Positions 1 through 16,380 are shown, counted from the first letter of the stretch. The stretch is DNA of 64,000 bases from Octopus vulgaris (GCA_951406725.2 OX597830.1:46810001-46874000); one strand, 5' to 3'. Translations and numbers: made by a program. Notes: a model not told the origin generated them from the sequence alone.

Positions 1-29
1 TTTATATGACTTGTTTATATAGAGTGAAC

Positions 30-419
<390 letters not shown>

Positions 420-652
420 ATATGTGTATATGTGTATACTTGTGTGTATATGTGTATATGCGTATATATGTATATGTATATTTATGCTTATATTTATGTC
501 TTACATATATATGTATATGTATGTAATTATGTGCAAGCATCTGTGTATTTTGATGTATATATGAATATTATAGATGGTCTAGTATGCGTATATACTGTTG
601 TAAAATATTTACGTAATGCAGCGTGAACATTTTAATTTTAATTTTAATGTAT

Positions 653-873
653 TACTCTTTTACTCTTTACTCTTTTACTTGTTTCAGTCATTTGACTGCG
701 GCCATGCTGGAGCACCGCCTTTAGTCGAGCAACTCGACCCCGGGACTTATTCTTTTTGTAAGCCCAGTACTTATTCTATCGGTCTCTTTTTGCCGAACCG
801 CTAAGTGACGGGGACGTAAACACACCAGCATCGGTTGTCAAGCAATGCTAGGGAAACAAACACAGACACACAA

Positions 874-906
<33 letters not shown>

Positions 907-1077
907 CATATATACGACAGGCTTCTTTCAGTTTCCGTCTACCAAATCCACTCACAAGGCATTGGTCGGCCCGGGGCTATAGCAGAAGACATTTGCCCAA
1001 GATGCCACGCAGTGGGATTGAACCCGGAACCATGTGGTTGGTTAGCAAGCTACTTACCACACAGCCACTCCTGCGCT
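653..1077 (-). mobile_element. Full-length tRNA-derived SINE, family B (internal microsatellite, GTAAAAGA-repeat tail)
   Basis: Minus strand has A box TGGCTGTGTGG (1057-1067) and B box GGTTCAATCCC (1014-1024), then a CORE-like TTGGGCAAATGTCTT; near-identical copy at 44622-45050. Confidence 0.9.
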
Positions 1078-1312
1078 CCTAATTGACTTATATTTCGTAT
1101 ATAATTATTTACAATATGTATTTTGAATCTACTCTTCGATTTAAGGCTTTCTTCGATTTTACAATAGGATGAATTTATATTGAATTCATTTATTTTGTTA
1201 ATTACATGCTTAAGACCGTTAACTGAAAGGACCAATGAAACAAATCCATGTTTAAAGGTGAATCCTTTTACTAGTTTTGATTATATCGTTATTTCTGTTC
1301 TATTTTTCAAAA

Positions 1313-1350
1313 CTGTCCGACGAACAGGAACGTGAAACTCTGAGTAACAG
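1313..1350 (+). ncRNA. Minimal type I hammerhead ribozyme motif (U4C variant)
   Basis: Helix I CTGT/ACAG; core CCGACGA; short helix II AC..GT; GAAA; palindromic helix III ACTC-T-GAGT; GUA cleavage triplet ending at 1346. Confidence 0.65.
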
Positions 1351-1362
1351 CTTTCGTTATAT

Positions 1363-1632
<270 letters not shown>

Positions 1633-3084
1633 AAATCTGTTGTAATAAGTTGTAATGAAAGTTTAAAACCATTCACTCTCACACGAAAGGCAAGGTAATT
1701 AATTCGTCAGTGTTTGAGATGTCACTGATCTTACGATTGCTTCTTAATGACGTCATTTGATATTTAAAGTAACAAAAAAAAAAAAAAAAAAGAGAAGCTC
1801 ACCTTCAAACACAAGACAAAGCACTGAATGAGAAGAGTTGTGTCTGAATGTCATTCGTAATTTAAACCAGCGAACTAATTCGGTTTAATTAATGTATTGC
1901 GGTGTTCTCTCCGGTCTTGAAGAAAAATAATATTAAAGAAAAAAAGAAATAAATGATAAAAGAGAAAAACAAGAAAAAAAGTTTTGACATTTATTTGAAG
2001 TATTTGACGTCACCGAATGTTGGTTTGTCAATTGGTGAAGAGAAATGAATCTTTGAGAAATCGTTGAAAATCTCATAATTTTGTTAAATGTCAACTAGAG
2101 GAGTGTGTGTCACTTATAGGATTTGAAATAGAGATTGTTGAGAATATTGGTAATATCTCTGGGATTAGTAAAAAAAAAAAAAAAATTCACACAAACACAG
2201 ACGTCAGTAATGAAGACCTGTGGATATGAAATCAATCAATCACGTGATAATCAATTATCAGAGAGTTCGATCGCTTAACAAAGAACAATAGATTGATTAA
2301 GTCGTCAATGATGTGATTGAATTAAAACAAATCAGAAAGCAAATGATAAGTGAACGATACATTGATCCGGTGTGTGTCACAGTTGGCTGGGCAGGCATGA
2401 GATCGAGACAATAATCTCTTGATTAATATATCGTCTCGTTGTAAGTAAATACAGTGAGGTCGTGCAGACTCCTAAGTGGCCCCTTGATATTACGAAGTTA
2501 AGTTTCGTAAAAGTAAGTTCAGCTTAATCAAATGTACACATGTATTGATTAAATTTGGTGTTTATAAACGGGGAAATGTATTTAAAAAATGTGTCTATGT
2601 TATTAGAAGAACAAGTTTCTTGAATCGTAGCTCTAAGTTTCATATTTCCAACTGTTCATACGATCATAAAAAGGCAGCGTTTTAACAATATATAATTTAC
2701 AAAATCAAAAACACATCAAGTTATGATTTCTTAACAGAACATCGGGATTTGATTAGTTGCTTAATATTCGATTGAAAAATGCGTTGCATTTTCATCTATT
2801 CATCATCAAGAGTGAACACATAAGATACTTCTATTTGTTCATTAACATGAGTAAAGCATTGCAGTGGTGTCCTTATTAACAAATAAGTAATCGGACTCAA
2901 CACAAAGACGGAAACAATACAGATTCCAAATAATTCAATTCAATTCAAGACTATAAGAGAATCACAAATGTTTGGCTGCAGTATGAACCGGCAATCAGTC
3001 AGCATAGTTCAATTAGCCTTATTGCGAAGACAGGTAACTTTTGCAGTCTTGCCAAATAGCTCTCAGTCTGAACAATTCCAGAAT

Positions 3085-3480
3085 AAGGGAGACAACCATT
3101 TACAACGACTTCTGCATCACCTCAAATATTTCTCGCTCTCCCTTTCTCTCTCACTTCCTGCCTTCCTCTCTCTTTCTCCTTACTGACCACCACAGAGCCA
3201 GATCTACTGGAGACCAACACTCTTCTCTTATTCACCAGTGGGTTCCCGTTTTAGAGAAGTCTCTCTGTCTTTATTAAGCTTCTGCTCTTCGGAACTGACA
3301 AGTCTTGTTCTTCCACTGCTCAGACACACCAACTCTCTCCCCGCTCCACTCCTCATTGCCACTATCCTCATGTTCACCGCTATGCCTAGTTTTTCTTCCC
3401 AAGAACTTCAGCCCTCCAGAATCTCCCGTCTTTTCTGCAATAATGACCCGCATTGGAACATTAACAACAACTTCTCCAAT
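3085..3480 (+). pseudogene. Possible highly degraded Penelope-like RT C-terminal remnant
   Basis: CT-rich coding-like stretch; peptides such as LPAFLSLS and ISRLFCNND loosely recall Penelope LPFLD...RLRRLCSND motifs; heavily frameshifted. Confidence 0.25.
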
Positions 3481-3853
3481 CTTCTGCAAAACAATACAAA
3501 ACGTATATTTCTGCACAACCATTGTTATACAGTAATCCATTATAAACTTTAAGTCTGTCAGCGGGAAATTGGCTGCTGTTATCTGGCTGGAGATATTTTT
3601 CAACATGTTGAAGAATATCGGATGACATGAGATTTAAAAATGGCGTTCAGTCATGGAGAACGATAAGAAAAGGAATTTTCGGAAGGAAAAAAAAAAAAGA
3701 ATCGCTAAATTTGATTAAAAGAATGGAAAACTTAAAAAATTTTTTGGCCGTGTTTTGAACCATTTTTTTGTATTTGGTTCCTATCTCTTATTACTTGTTT
3801 AGGCATGCATTCATATATACGTGTGTGTATTATGTGTGTGTGTGTGTGCGTGC

Positions 3854-3904
<51 letters not shown>

Positions 3905-3975
3905 TTCAAAGTGGTAGGACACAGTTTCGCGTCAGAAATTTTGCAGAGGATGACATATAAGAGGATGACATATAA

Positions 3976-4035
3976 AGGCGGTGCTCCAGCATGGCCGCAG
4001 TCAAATGACTGAAACAAGTAAAAGAGTAAAAGAGT
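3976..4035 (+). mobile_element. SINE family B 3' end
   Basis: GGCGGTGCTCCAGCATGGCCGCAGTCAAATGACTGAAACAAGTAAAAGAGTAAAAGAG is the reverse complement of 660-720. Confidence 0.85.
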
Positions 4036-4349
4036 ATATGTTCCAGAAATTTATAGCTTGTTAGTTTTTCTACGTTGTCGTTTAACCGGTCATCATCATC
4101 ATCAACATCATTATCATCATCAACAAACAATGTTAAAGTGTTATCCTTCATTTGTCATAACAGACGACGATGATGATGATGTGGTAGCTATTAGTTTTAG
4201 AGCGAATTCACCTGAAGTCCATCGTGCTTTTCACGTTAAATTTCAACAACGAGTTTTTGTTTCCTCCTACTTAAACAAAGAGAGAATCTTCTTTGTTTTT
4301 TGAGTTTTCGTTTAGTTAAATGTGGGGCGGCAGTGGTGGAGAGTCTCAA

Positions 4350-4510
4350 TGAAGTCTATCTCCTAGAAATATCAGCCAAATAGTCTTAAACTATGTCCCT
4401 TCCGTCTTCAAAAAAAAAAAAAGAAAAAACTGATAGGGCATTGGTTAATGAAGACCTGATGGCTAAAAGAACCTTCTAGATTATTGCTTACTTGGGGGCA
4501 AACAACAACA
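4350..4510 (+). repeat. Old dispersed repeat family D ending in (AAC)n; related degenerate copies at about 10852-11170 (-), 12095-12300 (+), 46650-46760 (+), 53805-53965 (-)
   Basis: Shared blocks like CTAGAAATANCAGCCAAAT and a GGGGCTAAACAACAAC-type end, recognised by eye. Confidence 0.45.
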
Positions 4511-4593
4511 ATAACAACAACGACAATAACAGCAACAACATCACTGCTTGCTATATGAAGGGCAGGATTTCTTTCAAATCTTACTCGATGAAA

Positions 4594-4830
4594 GCGTTGA
4601 GCTGCCAGAATCGTTGCTTCGCCGGGAACAATGCTTAGCGGCATTTCACCCATCTTTATGCTCTGAGTTCAAATGCCGCCAAGGCCGACTTTGCTTTTTG
4701 TCCTTACGGGATCGATAAAATAAGTACCAGTTGAAGACTGGAGGGTGGAGGGGGAGGGGGATCAATGTAACCGTTTTAGCCCCTCTGCAAACCTGCTGGC
4801 TTTGTGCCAAAATTTGAAGCCAATATTACA
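4594..4830 (+). mobile_element. Degenerate SINE family A
   Basis: GCTGCCAGAATCGTT...CTGAGTTCAAATGCCGCC...GATCGATAAAATAAGTACCAG, aligns to 5581-5794. Confidence 0.75.
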
Positions 4831-5580
4831 TGATCCTATGAACAAAACTCGAAAAACAAAATGCAAGAGACGTAACTATGAAAATAACAAAAAAATAACA
4901 ACAAAAAAAAAGAATGAAAAAACAAATCAACAGCCCCGCGGCCACAGCAGCAGATTAAGATGGAAGCAAAAAAAAAAAAAGAAGACTTAGAAGGGCGGAT
5001 ATAGCAGACGTTACAGGGTTCCTCTGCTCGGCATCATTGTTCCTTATATTTCTCCAGTCAGTCTCTTTATCTTATCTTCTATTGCAGTTTTATATCCCCC
5101 CCTTTTTTTCCATGTCAAAAACATTACTTCTGCCATTAATTGGCTTTTATACATTTAATATTCCGTTTCTCTCTCTCTCTCTCGTGTAGAATATATATTA
5201 TACACAGACTTCGAAGCAGGATTGCAGACATTCCCATACATATACATAAATGTAGATTAATTCACGCTTGTACAAACGTTCTTACACACTCATATGCACA
5301 CACACATGCACACACACACATGCAAACACACATATACATACACACACACACGCATGCACACACACACACACACGCACACACACAGACACACACACGTATT
5401 TATTTATACACAGGCAATCGAACAACAAGGCAAACTTTGGGAATGTCACAGATACGTATATACACGTTTATATATTTAATTTAGAGATTTTCACATGAAG
5501 AGCAACAGAAAGGGCGGGAGAGAGGGGGAGGGAGAGAGTAGGAGAGAGTGGGAGAGAGGGTAAGAGTGGAAAAAGACAAA

Positions 5581-5794
5581 GGCGGCGAGCTGGCGGAATC
5601 GTTAGCACGCCGGGCGAAATGCTTAGCGTCATTTCGTCTGTCTTTACGTTCTGAGTTCAAATTCCGGCGTGGTCGACTTTGCTTTTCATCTTTTCAGGGT
5701 CGATAAATTAAGTACCAGTTGCGTACTGGAGTCGATCTTATCGACTGGCCCCCTTCCCCAAAATCTCGGGCCTTGTGCCTGGAGTAGAAAAGAG
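5581..5794 (+). mobile_element. tRNA-derived SINE family A
   Basis: Head GGCGGCGAGCTGGCGGAATCGTTAG, B box GAGTTCAAATTCC, conserved body GCTTTTCATCTTTTCAGGGTCGATAAATTAAGTACCAG. Confidence 0.9.
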
Positions 5795-5859
5795 AGGAAA
5801 AAGACAAGGATATGTGTATGAATTTACGCATGCATGTGTGTATGTGTGTGTGTATATAT

Positions 5860-5892
<33 letters not shown>

Positions 5893-5898
5893 CACGCA

Positions 5899-5964
<66 letters not shown>

Positions 5965-6396
5965 CAAATCCCCATGTGTATATAGGAGCATTCACGTATT
6001 TATTTATAAGTTGTTCAGGCAAGTTAAGGTCATGCTGGAGCACATCACATAGAGATTTGTGTACTTATGTATATAATGTAGACTTTACGAGTGTAAGATC
6101 GATGCGTCGAACAAAATACGTTTAGTTATTAAGTTACATTGATTTAGGTCCCTTGACGCCAAAATACTATAGCGATCTATAGAATAACTCCCATAGAAAA
6201 GGCTTGAGCTCGCCATATTTGATTAGAAACCATGAGGCCGGTGCCCCAGGAGGGCATTTAGGCATTTATTCAAACCACAAAAATAAAGTAAAAGAATTCA
6301 CAGCTTTTGACCCCTTCACCTCTCTCTCTCTCTCAGTTTATTTATTTTACCGTCTTTCTCACTCACTCACTCTCTCTATCTCTCTCTCTCTCTCTC

Positions 6397-6423
6397 TCTA
6401 TCCATCCATTCATCCATCCATCC

Positions 6424-6502
<79 letters not shown>

Positions 6503-6547
6503 CATCCATCCATCCATCCATCCATCTATCTATCTATCTATCTATCA

Positions 6548-6597
<50 letters not shown>

Positions 6598-6648
6598 ATC
6601 TATCTATCTAGCTATCTATCTATCCATCCATCCATCCATCCATCCATC

Positions 6649-6728
<80 letters not shown>

Positions 6729-6733
6729 CTATC
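6397..6733. repeat. Compound (CTAT)n/(CCAT)n tetranucleotide microsatellite
   Basis: Direct inspection. Confidence 0.95.
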
Positions 6734-6863
6734 TCACTCTCTGCGTGCATTTCTTGCATCGCAATGAAGTCTCAAATGAAGATACGAAGGGAAGTTGTGA
6801 CGTCAATAATGAATAACACAAGGAGAGTGTGAGAGGGCGAGATAGATAGATAGATAGATAGAT

Positions 6864-6924
<61 letters not shown>

Positions 6925-8824
6925 CATAGACAGACAGACTCGATGTAGGGAGAACATTTTTGAATTCTCTCGAGGAAATCGTTAAGCTGAAAAATTTTTT
7001 ATTGTTATTCGCAGTTCTTCCAAGATATATTTTCCGTAATAATAGTTTTATGGACGCTAATATTGAATTAATATGAACAAGATAATGTTGAGTAATAAAT
7101 TGTGTTGTACATGAGACTATTTCGTTCTTAGCTAGACATGGCAGAAGTCTAATCTGTTTCTATGCGTTTATTTCCATCCAGGCGAAAGGCATTCGTCTAG
7201 ATTTCATCGACCAATCAGAGAATCGGATAAAACTGAACATGGAAACGAATTGCTGTGTAACTCTTAAATGCTTTCCGACAGCAAGCATGGCTAGGTTCAC
7301 TCTATCCGTCTCCATGTAGATTGGAAAGAGGCAGTTGGTTCGTTAGCATTAAATATAGTCTCAGGTGTTTTGAGAGACGAACACGGAATCAGAAGTGCTG
7401 TTATTGTGGTGAAGCCACGGCTAGCTACAAGATCCAAAACATTCCAGTAGTGGCCAACACGACTTTTATTTAACTAGAACTAAGTTCCCAAATGTTATGT
7501 TGTTTTTTTTTCTCTCAGACGGTCACGTGGGCAGCGAAGACGCTGTCTCAATGACCTGAAGTGTCAATGAATAACGAAAGTCATACACACGAACACAAAT
7601 ACACACGGAAATATACGCACAGGCAGACATATATACCACCAACAGATATATACATGCAAGCATTTGCATCACAATTTCTACCAAATACAAACAAAACCGA
7701 TCGTATACTAGTTGTCTGAGTCAGACAGAATGCAATGTGCGGTGATAGAGGTCAGCTATTTTGCAAATGTTAGCATTTGTTTCAAAATCAGTTTGAGAGA
7801 GAATATTCATCGGGAACTGTTCCAAAATAGACAACTCTCTCTATCTAGATTATATATTTACATCATGCATACAAGTATTCGAAGACTTGGCTATTTTATT
7901 AAAACTCTGAAGCCAATAACCTTTTAAAATGCTAAGAAAATGACTAACTAAAACGCACTTTACAAAGCTATGATGGGAACAGTTAAAATTTTCTGATGTT
8001 CAAGTAAAACTCCAATGTTCTTACCTTAATTTCAGTGACGAAAGTTTGCTCCGTTATTAGAAACCAGTTCCATTTTTTTGGAAGAATTTAATTAATTAGC
8101 GGCAAAGACAACAGACGGTCAAATGTATGATAAATGACAGATTCGTTGAACCATTCTATACATACATGTAGAATAGTTTAACATTTCCATTGGCACACAC
8201 GTTGCTAATCAGTCTACCAAACACATATGCTTCAATATACACCGACTCACGTCTACGCACTCCGTTCTTCATACAATGCTGAGACACACATATATATACA
8301 AACCTATATTCATTTGTATTTACATTTATACACTCGTACATTTATACACTTATCATATAAAATACTCATTAATCTTTCTAAGCCTGTAATACACACATCT
8401 ACACACAAGCAATTAATCAATTTGCCGAACCCATATTAAGTACACATATACACACACTCACACACACAGAGCATATACAGACATGTGCACACAGAACATA
8501 TACAGACACACACACACACACACAGAACATATGTAGACACATACACATATTTATACACATACATACACATACATGCAAAGCACTCAGATGCCCCATCCCC
8601 CCTCTCTCTTTCTCCCTCTCTCCACGTATTCATGCAATACAAAATGGCGATTAGTTAATATCATCTCAACTAAACAGGATCAACTAAATCTTCAAAACAA
8701 ATAATAATCATGATTTGAATATGCTGTCGGAAGACACTGGTTTCTGTATTTACGTTATACTTACCTACCTACCTACCTACCTACCTACCTACCTACCTAC
8801 CTACCTTCCTACCTATGTGTATGC

Positions 8825-9164
<340 letters not shown>

Positions 9165-9503
9165 GCATATGCATATAGGCCCACACTCACGGACACACGC
9201 ATACAAAGTGGGTATATAAATTTGTGGGAATGTGTGGCGGCAAACAGCTGCCGACGAATAGCGTGCTAAGGAGGTAAGAGTTAAAGAATGGACGAAGATA
9301 TTGGAGAATTTCTAATGGTAGACAGTAATTGAATCAACGACAAAAGCGATTGAAAAGGTAGTTGCAGTAGAGTTCCATTTAAGCAAAGTGCTACCGAAGC
9401 GGGTCGCCATTCTGATTATCAAACAGGGAGGACAAATTGGATCATTATGAATCAATAGATCATCAATACCGTTCCAGACTTTGTTAGAATACAAATCTGA
9501 CAA

Positions 9504-9591
<88 letters not shown>

Positions 9592-9707
9592 GTGTTTGTG
9601 TGTGTGTAAGTGTGTATGTATGTACGCATATATATATATGTATACACGCACATATATTGCTATATCAATTACAAATATATATATGTGTATTGATCTAATT
9701 TTTTTCA

Positions 9708-9779
<72 letters not shown>

Positions 9780-9905
9780 GTTCTTACCAGTGAGTGTTGT
9801 TTACATGATAAGGCACAAAAAGAAAATGACTCTCCCCAGACACAACAGAATATGCTTCAACACACGAACTCACATAAAGAATCTTGCAAACCAAATCCAA
9901 GAACG

Positions 9906-9981
<76 letters not shown>

Positions 9982-11856
9982 ATGTATGTGTGTGTGTGTT
10001 TGCATGTATGCACGTGCGTTGGTGTGTATGCGTTTCTCTCTCTCGTTTATTAAAAGTAAATCATAGACAAAAATAGTACATATACACACACATAAGTTTA
10101 TAAGCATATTGATATAAATACATGCTCACATGCGCACACATACGCGCGCGCACACATGCACACACTCACACAGACACATGCACACACATAGACACGCACA
10201 CACATACACACGGATAAGTGTGATTACAACTGGTGTATTTTACTGTATTTTATGTTCTTATATTTACTCTTATGTTTGTGTGTGTCTTATGTATTCATAT
10301 ATATGTATATATGTTTGTGTATATATATAGATAGATGTATATATATACATATATATATATGTATGTATATATACGTGTATGTGTGCGTGAGTGTACGATA
10401 AAAGAGAAGAGCTAGAAAATTGAACGATAGTGTATGAGATGGAAAGAGAGAGTAAGAGAGAGAGAGGAGAGTAAGAGAGAAGGGAAGAAAAGAAAAGAGA
10501 GGATTTCAAGGAAGATTGCTTCAATTTAAACCAACAAATCTTGCATCGAAACAATTTTCTTCCGGATTTTGAGCTTCATTAGAGAATAAACCAAACATAT
10601 CTGCACCAACAGCACACAAAGACACGGAACCCACGAACGGATACGAGAAACCGGTCGCACACAGAAATTCATGCAACAGCGCTCTCTTCTAAACACAGAT
10701 TTATTGAATAAAGACACACGTATCGAACCGTTTTGCATCTGTTTAGATTCACTGATATCTAGTTATACTGATGGATGGATAATCACTTAAGATGCAGAAT
10801 AATATTGATGACGTGTAGCAATAAGTTTCAAATTTCTTATAAACTAAAATATGTTGTTGTTATTTAGCCCAGATCGAACAAATCTACGATCAAAAGCAGA
10901 CAATCCAACTGTGATTAACCCACCTTTTTCTTTAGTGACTTAGTATATCTAGAACTACATAGTCTAATGCATCCTTTATTTTTTTAAGACTGTAGAAGAG
11001 AGATTTATATAATATTTCTACGTCGCAGAGAGACCACTGAGAGGTGGTGTATCAGGTCGAGTGTAGTTTTTTTAGTCCAATATCATTGATCGATTATAAT
11101 GTTCCTTGGTCCTTAAGACGACAGGGAGTGATTTGAGGGAGATTTCGAACAGTTCGCGCAGAGACCACCTCTTGACTATTATAACTTCTTAGGTTAATGG
11201 AAACACCTTTAAAATTAAAGGTCATTTGATGGAGACAGAACAAGTTATAATATTATCTGAAAAGCGATTAACTGATAAAAATGGCGTTTAATTTGCGTCT
11301 TAGAGTGGTTCGAAATTTTCTGCTTTGAACGTTGTTATCTATGCAGCGTATTCTGAAGTCATTAGGTTTCTCTGAGGTTTAATTAAAACATTTGTCTTTT
11401 GTTGCGATATTGAGTTCAGATTTTGTTCTTGAATTTGTGCCAAGGTAAATATGTTACTGTACACAACGAATGCAAAACGAGAGTGTTCATACGTTTGTTT
11501 GTGGGCATTGGTGATGTACGCTCAGTGAAAGAGTCACAAAGAAGACTCGAAAACCGTTCATGAAACCAGACGGATTTTTAGGAAAGACATTCGCTGAAAC
11601 TTGCACCGGCAAATATCTAATGGAAAGAGAAAATATATTTATTGGTGAGGGATCATCGTGGTTAAATGAAATGTTTAGTTGAAAATAAATCGACTGTTTA
11701 GCAGAATTTAAGTGTGCAGTAAACTTGTGCACGGAAGCCATGATAGACAGACTGTACTCTGAACTTGATTCCTAAGCAAAGTTGGTTACGTTTTCTCATT
11801 GAAAGAGTACATGTTCCCGGCCAGTTCTGGTACCGAGCCAATGTGACATACCAATA

Positions 11857-11937
<81 letters not shown>

Positions 11938-12471
11938 TACACACACACAAACACACACACATGCACACACACACACGCACGCACACACACACACACACAC
12001 GCACGTACACATGCACACATATGCACACACAACATGCAGGCATATACTCACAGATGTATATTAATTCATAGACACAAGCGGGATTTATGCACGTGGTTAC
12101 TCGGCTGCTTAGATATAGCAGAAAATATCCTTTCATTAATAACTTCCTGCCTTATAAGAAAAGGGTGATCATGTTTTAGTGCTCAAATTCCTCTATCCAA
12201 GAAAATAGTAAAAAGAAAGAAGACTGGATGTTCACAAGTTGAGTAGTTTTGATCAATCTTTCTGTTCGACTACCGGGGACGATCTAGGGTCAAACAATAG
12301 CATTCTCCACTCATTAGCAATTAGTTCAATATTTGATGGATTTAATTATCTTCTCTAAACACATACATTTTTATGCAAAAATAATGATCTCGTTTGGTCT
12401 AACATGCGATTACACAATTCTGTTAATCTCTGAAAATGCGGTCAAGATTCTAAAAACATGCATCAAAACCA

Positions 12472-12535
<64 letters not shown>

Positions 12536-13128
12536 ATGTACACCCACACAACCACAACCACACTCTCTCTCACACACACACATGTATGAATACATACATC
12601 CATACGTACATACGTACACACATGTATTTCTTGTATATCGATTTATAGAAATTCGTCATGCAGTTCTTCTTCTTTATAATTTCTTTCTCTTCTTCGAGTC
12701 GGAGTTATTCCAAAAGTCTGAAGATAGATTGCATTCCTTCCTAACTGTGACACGGCCATTGTTACTGGTGTGTGGAACCGATTCAATTTTAGTTTGTTGT
12801 AGCAAGAAACGAATATGTCTCTAAGGGATTTACATATTCGCATTGGCACACGAACACACACACACACACACACACACGTTCACTTACATAGAAGCATACG
12901 TAGATACAAATTACACACACACATGCACTCATACATACATACACGGGAGCATGTGTAAGTATCTACAAGCATATATGTGCGTATGAGTTTGTGTATGAGA
13001 GAGAGTTTGGTAAAGAATGTATATGTATGTATCTAAGATTAATCATTAAAAGATCTGCAAGCAGGAATACATACATATATGCATACATACATACATACAT
13101 ACATACATACATACATACATACATACAT

Positions 13129-13279
<151 letters not shown>

Positions 13280-13775
13280 ATATAAAATACTAGCTTCCAG
13301 TACAATAACCGATGAACTTCCAATATATCAAACAATAACCGCATTTTTTATGTATGCATGTGTGTGTGTAGACTCTCAAGGGAAAATGAAAATATTTCAT
13401 TGCCGAAGTTCACATGTGTCATCGTCTACATAACTCGTGACATGTATTTAAGTTTCTCAAACTTATATGTTTATCAGAGAGCAAAATCGATGTCTTTAAT
13501 ACTACACAACTCGCTAATGTATCGAAAACGTGTTTCGTTCCTTCTCTACGTTCCCGGTCAACTTATATAGCAAACATTCATTCCAAAACGTCAAGGGTAT
13601 AGATATACACTATTTTTTACAAGAAAGAGATTGACAGTCAGTCAGAAGCCTCGGCTTGGTCGCTTTTGTTGCAGAAACTGTCAAACTTTGCATAGCAAAA
13701 TTGCAAAAATATATCAATCTATAAGAAATTCGGTGACCTTTCTGTTACGTTTCACTGCTGAAACAAACAAATGGC

Positions 13776-13836
<61 letters not shown>

Positions 13837-13933
13837 GCATACATACATTATATGTACATATATCTACCGGCGAATACATACTCTCTCTCTCTCTCTCACA
13901 CACACACATTTATATACACACACCTATGTGTGC

Positions 13934-13988
<55 letters not shown>

Positions 13989-14179
13989 CACATACATAAA
14001 ATATATATAAAATGCTTAGCAAAATGCTATTAAACAGTTTATACAGAGAGCGGGTTGTCGGTGGAGAGTGAGAGAGAAAGAGAGAAGGAGAGACAGAAGA
14101 AAGTAGAGAGGCAGAGAGAGAGAGAGAGAGAAGGAGAGAGAGAGAGAAAGAGAGCAAGAGGAGATATTTATATTAAAAT

Positions 14180-14580
14180 GGACGTCGACCACCACCCGAC
14201 CACTTGGTTGGTTCTATATTTTATCGATCCCTACAAGATGAAAGGAAAATCTGACCTCGACCAAATTCGAGATGAGAATATAAAGAGTCAAGAAATACTG
14301 TAAGTTAATTTTTCCGCCGCTCTAACGATTCTGCCAGCTCATTTCAGTAACAACAACAACAACAACAACAATTCTCTCTTCTTTGGGCTCAAGGCTTGAA
14401 ATTTTGGTGGGAGGGATTAGTGGACATCGAACCCTTTACTCAGCTAGAACTTATTTTGCCGATCCCAAAAGGGTGAAAGGCAAAATCGAACTCCTGCGGA
14501 ATTTGAAATCAGAACGTAAAGACAGACGAAATGCCGCTAAGCATTTTCCTCGGTGCGGTAAGGATTCGGCCAGCTCGCTT
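14180..14580 (-). mobile_element. Two adjacent degenerate SINE family A copies
   Basis: Reverse-complement matches such as TTTTATCGATCCC..GATGAAAGG and GGAATTTGAAATCAGAACGTAAAGACAGACGAAATGCCGCTAAGCATTT. Confidence 0.75.
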
Positions 14581-14600
14581 CAAAAGCAGCAGCAGTAGGA

Positions 14601-14637
<37 letters not shown>

Positions 14638-15203
14638 GAACAAAACTGACAATAAGTTTCGCCATTTGAGTTCGGTGTGATAGTTCTTTTGTATTCCTGA
14701 ATATAAAAGAGAACGCGAAGACGCATGCAATAATTCGGTCGTTGTCACAGAGGCTAAAGAAGACTTCTATCGATTGGGTACGGCAGAATGTGTATTAAAA
14801 GAGCGTTATGTCAGATCACGATAGAATGTGTATTAAACTATATAAACTAATATCACCGAGTCAACGACAGCTCAACAATCTACGGTAACTAGGCTGGGAT
14901 TTTGTTAAAAACACGAATTAGACAAAGGCACAAACTACGGAAAGATTTTCTATTAAGAAAACTTCACTCTGCTTTTCATACTGTCATACCAGTTCACACT
15001 GCTGCCATAAATAAAAGACCGAAATGATGCAATATTCAAGAGAAGAGGTTTTTTTTTCCATTTTGTTTAAATTTCAGAACCAGTTCGTTAACAAAATTTC
15101 CTCAACTCTCTTCTCAATTGTATGATATCTCGCCTGAGAAAAAAAAGTTGTGCCATAGAATACCTCGGCGGTCTGCACAATACTTTAGCTTCGCAAAATC
15201 GTG

Positions 15204-15457
<254 letters not shown>

Positions 15458-15640
15458 TGCACGCAAACGTATGTTTATGTGACTTTCAAATATCTGTGCG
15501 TGTGTGAGTACATTTATGAATATGTGTATATGTATATATATGTATATACCTGTTAATTTAATACCTATGTATTGATTTATGCAAATACATATACGTGTCC
15601 TCTAGCAAGTAAAAGTATTTGTGGTTGGGTATGTGTGTGT

Positions 15641-15701
<61 letters not shown>

Positions 15702-15998
15702 GATGTAAATGTTTATGCGGTTCTCTATTACTATATCTCTTTGCGTAAACGTCTTCCATTTCCTTTCCGCAGCCTCTTATATAAACCAGGTTTCATACAC
15801 ACTCTGCTGCAATCATGAAGTATTAAAGATATTTTATACAAATTTCTTATCGATTTCTATAACAATGCTCTTCATAGATCTCCTGCTTTTAAAATCTCTG
15901 TCTAAGAAATCCTTTGGTACGAAACACCAGGACCCTGCGTAATTCCTATCGTATTCGTTTTTCTTTCTTCCAGTATCTTGGAAAAGGGAAGTACTTCT

Positions 15999-16380
15999 GC
16001 ACTCACTCACTCACTCACTCACTCACTCACTCACTCACTCACTCACTCACTCACTCACTCATTCACTTACTCACTCACCCACTCACTCACTCATTCACTC
16101 ACTCACTCACTCACTCACTCACTCACTCACTCATTCACTCACTCACTCACTCACTCACTCACTCATTCACTCACTCACTCACCCACTCACTCACTCACTC
16201 ACTCACTCATTCACTCATTCACTCATTCACTCATTCACTCATTCACTCACTCACTCACCCACTCACCCACTCACTCACTCACTGACTCACTCATTCACTC
16301 ACTCACTCACCCACTCACTCATTCACTCAATCACTCACTCACTCACTCACTCACTCACTCACTCATTCACTCACTCACTC
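15999..16380. repeat. (TCAC)n tetranucleotide array with TCAT/CCAC variants
   Basis: Direct inspection. Confidence 0.95.

Noticed and set aside
7165-7565. Splice-acceptor-like tracts (TTTATTTCCATCCAG, TTTTTTCTCTCAG) as exon starts
   Set aside because: No recognisable peptide and no convincing donor pairing; cannot be supported without RNA data.
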